Shown in pieces: positions 57,848 to 64,000 of a stretch of DNA of 64,000 bases. Below the pieces are notes generated by a model. The model did no database searches. It was given only the letters and a program-made list of their open reading frames with translations, and was not told where the DNA came from. Both the position numbers and the translations under genes were made by a program. Position 1 is the stretch's first letter. Each line of letters starts with the position of its first letter. The stretch comes from Laetmonice hystrix (lineage: Eukaryota), in the NCBI GenBank assembly GCA_965235115.1, contig OZ249436.1, forward strand, positions 36,086,001 through 36,150,000, given 5' to 3'.

Positions 57848-60800
57848 TCACCTGGAATCTAAGAAATGATATATATTTTCTGCGAAGAGAATAACAAAGG
57901 CTAACATAATCACAGTGAAAGCGGCGACGAAAAGCCCTTGTAGATGGTCCAATGATATTGACGTGGGGGGTGTAGGTTTATTCCGTTTATGTTCGTGGAG
58001 GCCAAAGTCATGATGCCATTTCACTAACAGTCCGCTGTCCCACATCTTTCCGATCCTGCAAATCAGAGGGTGAGGTCAAGTTTTAGGTCTAGGGGCTTAG
58101 ATATGAAAGTAGAGCCCTAGGCCTAATTACAGGGTCCGAGAGTAGGCTATCCCTGGGAAAATGTATAGGGTCAATTTTGCCACATTAGGCCTATATATAA
58201 TATGTGGGGTCTATAATAAATTATAGGCCTATCTATTGTCATATCGACATATTGACGTAGCAAATGTAGGTATAGGCCTACATGATGGTGTAGGCTATAA
58301 TCAGGTGATGATCTAAAAGGGGTACTCAGGTTGAATAAGCGTATAGCGTGTAGGCTCTACACATCTAAGCAAGTGTTCACGCAGCTTTAGATGGATGATG
58401 GAGCTTAAATTACACACGTAAGGGCCTATAGCCCAACTGGATTTTTTTTTTTTGGGGGGGGGGGGGGATAAGCCAGAGATGGAGATTCATTTTTGTATTG
58501 CATATTAGGCAATGCGTAGAAATCGCGTGCATAGGATAGGATGCACCTGTAAATGCATGGCCATGGGGGAACAATGATTCCGTTGGGGGGGCTATGGTTT
58601 TTCTTCATAAGCAAACCTTTTATTTGCCCCCAGGCCAAAGCTGTCTTTTTTTCGCTATTAATAAAACTTTTTTCTCAATTTCGACTAAAGGCCCTACCAT
58701 ATTTCTTTAAAAAAAAAACATAGCGTCCACCCCCCCCCCCCCCCCGCCTATCAAATGGTCCGCCCCAAATAGGTGGAAAGGCTTACGTGTTGGACAGGAT
58801 TGACTTGTAGGCCGAGTTATTCTGTACAGCCATGGCGTAGAAAATGGGGAGCGTCCTTGTCTCCGTGATGACCAAGTTAATGTCGGACTTCATTGCGTAT
58901 TTAGCAGATGTTCCGTCTGTAAAGTAAGCATGTTGTCCACCACGAACGAGTTCAATCAATTCGGTGTGATTCTCGCTGAGAACAGGCATACCAGCCTGTG
59001 AGTATCTCTGCAGCTTCGTCCACAAACACCGATACGATTGGTCCGGCGAATTCTGCAAAAGTCCAATAGTTAGTGGATATTAGGATTAGCCGAGGAATGG
59101 CATGGAAACATGCATACTTTGTGTCGTATAATGCTATATGATATTCACACTAGCCTAGTCATAATTCGAAATTATGCATTTTCAAGGAAGCGCACTCAGG
59201 ACGTCTTGTCTGCTGGATGCCGCGTAAGAATAACCCGGCCGGTCGCTTAGCATAATGCTTTATGTAATAAGCTTTACTCAAACTTTACAAGACGCAATGT
59301 ATTTTTAGTGGCACCAGCGTATGACAAAGGGGGTTATATGGCCAAAGAAAATTTAGCCTATATTCAAGTCATTGCAACATAATTATAGGCCTATCTCATC
59401 ACGTATAGGTCTTTAGGTCTTAGTCATAAATGAATCAGTTCTAATTTTAATAGGCAATTCATGTTGAAACGACTTCTGACAGGGTTTGCCTTTTTGATTT
59501 TGTTGTTTACCTTCAAATATACAGAGGGCAAATGTTTAGGCGCAGGCTTACTCTCAAAACCTGACTCAACTTTACCTTAAGGGTGTCAATAAACATTGAT
59601 CCACCGAGCACAGTAGGTATGTAGTCTTTGTTGTGACATAGTTCGAGCAGATTAGTAAATGGTGGAGATACTCTGCCAACGGTGAGGACGGCAATCAGTT
59701 TACTACTGTAAGTTACCGTGACGACGACAGTGAAGATAAACCAGACACCGAACACACTTCGTGTCGAGAATCGAGCCGGAATATAAGTACCACCTACAGG
59801 GAAGAAGGTATATTGACTGAAGCAGGGGCGCATCCAGAGCTGTTTCTTCACCGGTTTCTAATATAGGGGCTATAGGGGGTCCGGGGACGCCCCCCCCCCC
59901 CAAAAAAAAATATTGAGATTTAAGAAAAGAAAATTACCGAAATCAGACTGGAAATAAAGCATGAAAAATGTACATTTTATTACATAATTGTATGAGACAT
60001 TCTATTTCTTGTTTGGGGGGGGGGGGGGCGCTAAACCATGGCCCGGTTTCGGGAACACGGTCGAACCCCCCTAGATCAGCCCCTGTGAAGGGGGGGGGGG
60101 ACTATCTACCTCGACTATCATTTTTAGTTATGAAAACTATACACTGAACAATTACTGTCATCATTGTGTAAGGTCTCCTGAGATCCTGCAAGGATAAAGA
60201 GGTTTAAAACGTAAGGCCTCCATCATATTACCGGTGATTAAGTCATTATAGGGGTATTATTATACAGAGTAATTCTGTCACCAAAGGCGACGGCTTTAAT
60301 TATAATCAACTGATTATGCTACGTATATATACCCACCTTGCTTGAGTAAAGCGCCGAATGAAAACCAGAGTCCGCTAGAGTAAAGATTCTGTGTGTTGCC
60401 ATGAGTACAATTCGCCTGATTCAGGTACATGACGAGGCTAATGGTAAGTCCGACCACCACAGTGGCGACCCCAATGCTCAACCATAAGACCCAGCTGTGG
60501 AGAAAGCCCATGGCAGAAAGGCATACAGATACCTTAAATATTTACGTTATACTAGAACAACGGAACACTTATCATATCTATAAGGATTTGACTATTGAGC
60601 CCTAAATGAAAATCTTGGCCCACAAATTAATTTTGTGGCTCATAACTTCCGGTTTTAACGCAAGGTTTGCAAAGCAGAATTTTGTCACACACTGTAGATA
60701 CGCATATATGCTAAGTATTCCGTATTCGGCTTACCTAAATGGTTTAATGATGAGAGTAAGTTTAGCTAATCTTTCCTCGGGCTTTCTGTAAATAATATCG

Positions 60801-63381
60801 ACGCTATCGAACATATATGCGGTGACAAAGTCGACGACGGTTTCCCTCAGGTATGAGGTAGCGAGGGCTGCCACCACCATATCAGCCTCCTGCAGGCCAA
60901 AAGGGCAAGCGGGGAAGGATCACAAAAATGGTACTGTACTATGATCGAAAAGAAATAACGATTACGAGCCATTTTATCATTTAATTGATGCTGTTATAAA
61001 CTTGATAAACTGTTATTTTGTTAAATAAACTCTGAGTGAAATAAACACTATTAATAATTTCCACTCCTACCTTCCTCATGAGCTGGCCGGGGAACCCTGT
61101 CCAATTTCCTGGTGAGATTTCAAGTCCCCAGTTTCGATCAGGTGGAGATGTCAATGTGTAACTGGCATTTAAGGAATATTGGAAATGTTATTACCGAATG
61201 TATTATTCCCCTCAGTCAAACAAATCTTCAATACTATAATACGATTACACGTATAATATATACACGCCCGAGAGAGTTCCCCGGGACTGAAGAATCTGTG
61301 TTGGACGTTTCAAGCGTCCAGTGATGACATGGATAGAGAAACAACTATACCTGAAATTGTGAACGCTACAAAGGAGCTTCAACATTTCCATCGCTATGCC
61401 GAAATAACGTGTCTGGTTGCCTTCTTCCTCCGTTCCGACAAAGGGCATCCACTTCAGACAAGTACATTCGAATTAATAATGTTTGGACATATATAATTGA
61501 GGCATTTTGTAGGAAAATGGCTAGAAAAAATGTGCTTTAGTCTTTACTATATATACATTAATTTGAATTGCATTTCGATGTTGATACAATGAATGCATAG
61601 ACACATTAATTTTGTTTGCATTTCGATGTTGAAAGAGAAATAAAAGGATTTCCATGAATAGAAACCGAGGACGCAACGCCGGTCAACATCCCCATGACAC
61701 CCCAGGAAGTAGTTGAGTTAGAGGTTTCCGGACTCACGGGCATTGTGGATATCAGGAAATGGCGTCCATTAAACCCGAATTTAGCGTTTGGGAAAAGGTC
61801 ATCATGTAGAAACAACCGACCCCGTTCCCACAATCCTATCTGTTGGAGACGCCGTCCGCTCGGCGTCCATGCTCCGTTGTATATTCTGACAGTTACCGAC
61901 GCGGGTACCAACTGTCAAATCATGAAACGACATCGAAGGTTGAATGCCTATACAGCGAGACTCATGTCCCTAACGGTAAAACATAGGTCGGATCTGACAT
62001 TTGGGGATCCTATCAATGATCAAGAATCCATCTTTGATCAAACGATCTGGAAGCGCCGACGTATAAGCCATATGGTTGAGGCGTTCTTTTTATGGTTTTA
62101 CCTACAAGGAACCCATGCATGATTAGGCCATTCACAAAGGTGGACGATAGCTACCCTAATGACCTATTAATGTGGGGCTGGGGCCCAATGTTACATTATG
62201 GCCAAATAAAGACTCTTACATTTTTATTCAATAAACATCAATAAGAAGTTGATAATGAATGAAACTGTTCATCAAATGTTCTATACAGATATGTACATGA
62301 TTAGGTGTGTTGTATACATTCAATTATAGAGGCACTAGGGCCTATTCTCCCGAATAAAAGGAAGTTGTTCATTGAATGAATGATGCGTTCTCCTTTGGGG
62401 TCTACCTGTTCCGGTTTACGTCCTTGGTTACACAGAGATATTACATCGTCTTCCGGTTTACGAATCACCACCGCCGATATTACACGTATTTGAGTCTGTA
62501 ATTGCAATAGAAGATCATAAACCTAACAAAAGGCTATCAGTGGCCCGGATCATGGGGCCCAAGTTAGGTGAGTTGAGAAACAGCCACCCCCCCCCCCCCA
62601 GAATAATTCGGATGATGTTCTAAAATAGAAAGACATGGATAGTCCAGAGGGCCAGGGGCATTGCCCGATGATTAGCCCCCTCTATACTCCCCATTCCCCC
62701 TCCAACATTCCTACCATTGAAATATTAGTTTCATTTTTGGATTAGTTGAAAATGAACCTGTCTTGTAGCAGCCGACGGCAACAGGAAAAACGTGACGTGC
62801 GTGATGTTTCCCAAAAGGTGCTCCACCTGGCTGACGCTGTCAGTGTCGCTGACGATCATCCAACGTTGGAGAAACGTTCCAGTCCCCTGCTCATCAGTCA
62901 CTAAGTCATGCCTATTAATCTGCAAATTGGCAAATTCTTCATCAATCGTCGATAGGCTGCACATCATGATGGCATGATCTTTATTAACAACTTGCTGTTC
63001 GAAAAACTTCAAGTGGCAATATGTCTTTACCTATATATGGGGATAACAAATATTGTCGAACTGTCACGTTAAATATAAATGACCTCATCCAAGCACACAT
63101 GTCACACAGAGGTCTATGCAAGCGAGTGTGTATACAAAGGGCTCTTACGTAAGTGTACACTGTACATATAGTGTGTCGACCGTCATGATTATATACACAT
63201 CCTACCTGCTGTAGGAGCTCTGTAAGACAGGTTTGTCTACAGAATACCATGAAGTGTTTATCATCCAAATGATCGTCCAATAACTGACTCACGTCACGAC
63301 GTACAGAATGACCTCGGACGTGGACGTCTTCAGTGACCAGAAACTCTGGGAATGCCGTATGCCATTCACGATATGTACCAG
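57848..63381 (-). CDS. Divergent ionotropic (glutamate-like) receptor, IR family; 5' end unresolved
   Basis: Exons 63206-63381, 62758-62919, 62406-62495, 61738-61911, 61351-61451, 61071-61161, 60735-60889, 60337-60494, 59576-59793, 58787-59052, 57848-58055, phase-consistent; the first three are less certain. S1: WMPFV, GNWTG, EADMVVA, RETVVDF. Also IIKPF-W before M1, pore WFSFGALLKQG, M3 TYSSKLIAVLT, S2 AYFTD, DSGLLVKW, and LDHLQGLF before M4. Confidence 0.9.
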
Positions 63382-63795
63382 CTATCAACAGAAATAGGCA
63401 CGGTAAAATTTTAATAGGCTCAACCCTATAATTTCTAAACTCACTGGAACGCATGTCCTCCACTTAGCTCATATTTTATGTTCGCTCACATGCAATTGCC
63501 CGTCACATTGCCCATCAATTTACTTTATGGACGGACCATTGGATGTAGGCCTGCCTACATGGGTGGAGCTATCTTTTCTTTCTCTATAAACTTTCTTCAT
63601 TTCCAAAACTCAACGAGTTTTTAACCTTGTGGACTTTATTTTTTGTACGTGTGTCATGAGAAGTATTTGTTATCCACGATCTGCTGAAGAAACTTGTAAT
63701 ACCCCCCACCCTCTGGGATCCGATGGCTCGCCACTGCCACTTCGCCATGTTACACAGGTGTCAGATTACAAAATGGTGTACTGAGTTATCGCCAC

Positions 63796-63925
63796 CTATT
63801 GATGCTGCTGTGTCAACATCAATTATGGTGCATCCAGTCAGGATGGCAAAATCCATAGGCCATGCATGGACGGGCATTGTTTGGTGAGGGTTGGTATCAT
63901 TGAACATGGCCGGGCATACAAAGAC
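63796..63925 (-). CDS. Possible upstream exon of the IR gene (FVCPAMFNDTNPHQ...DTAASI)
   Basis: Open frame ending in a phase-1 G|gtggcg donor that is compatible with the exon starting at 63381; splice signals are weak. Confidence 0.3.
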
Positions 63926-64000
63926 TAGGATATTGAGTTTGACGTCGACGTAACACGAGGCGTGTTATTACGTTGAAATGACGTATTCATTCATCCCCAG

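Noticed and set aside
61694..62122. 142-aa plus-strand ORF
   Set aside because: Antisense shadow of an IR exon

Overview
Intron-rich animal genomic DNA. A divergent ionotropic receptor and HINE/Helentron-type repeats suggest an invertebrate, probably a lophotrochozoan (inference). I reconstructed four spliced genes by hand from splice sites and frame. (1) A death-associated protein kinase (DAPK family) on the minus strand, ATG 46884: kinase plus CaM-regulatory domain in 9 exons down to 20873, and a candidate terminal exon 15721-15825 that would give a 371-aa DAPK2/DRP-1-like short form. (2) HACD3 on the plus strand, 47773-52927, 9 exons, 373 aa, head-to-head with DAPK. (3) A 2-exon minus-strand gene with two 'FWRxPI/LPxID' motifs (C9orf40/AF1q-like), 55936-57044. 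(4) A divergent ionotropic glutamate-receptor-like (IR) gene on the minus strand from 57848 to at least 63381, 5' end unresolved. The rest is intronic or intergenic, with minisatellites, MITEs, a Kolobok-like element, two HINE/Helentron-like elements and a 455-bp near-perfect templated copy. Most ORF-track entries are spurious. Coordinates were counted by eye and may be off by a few bases.
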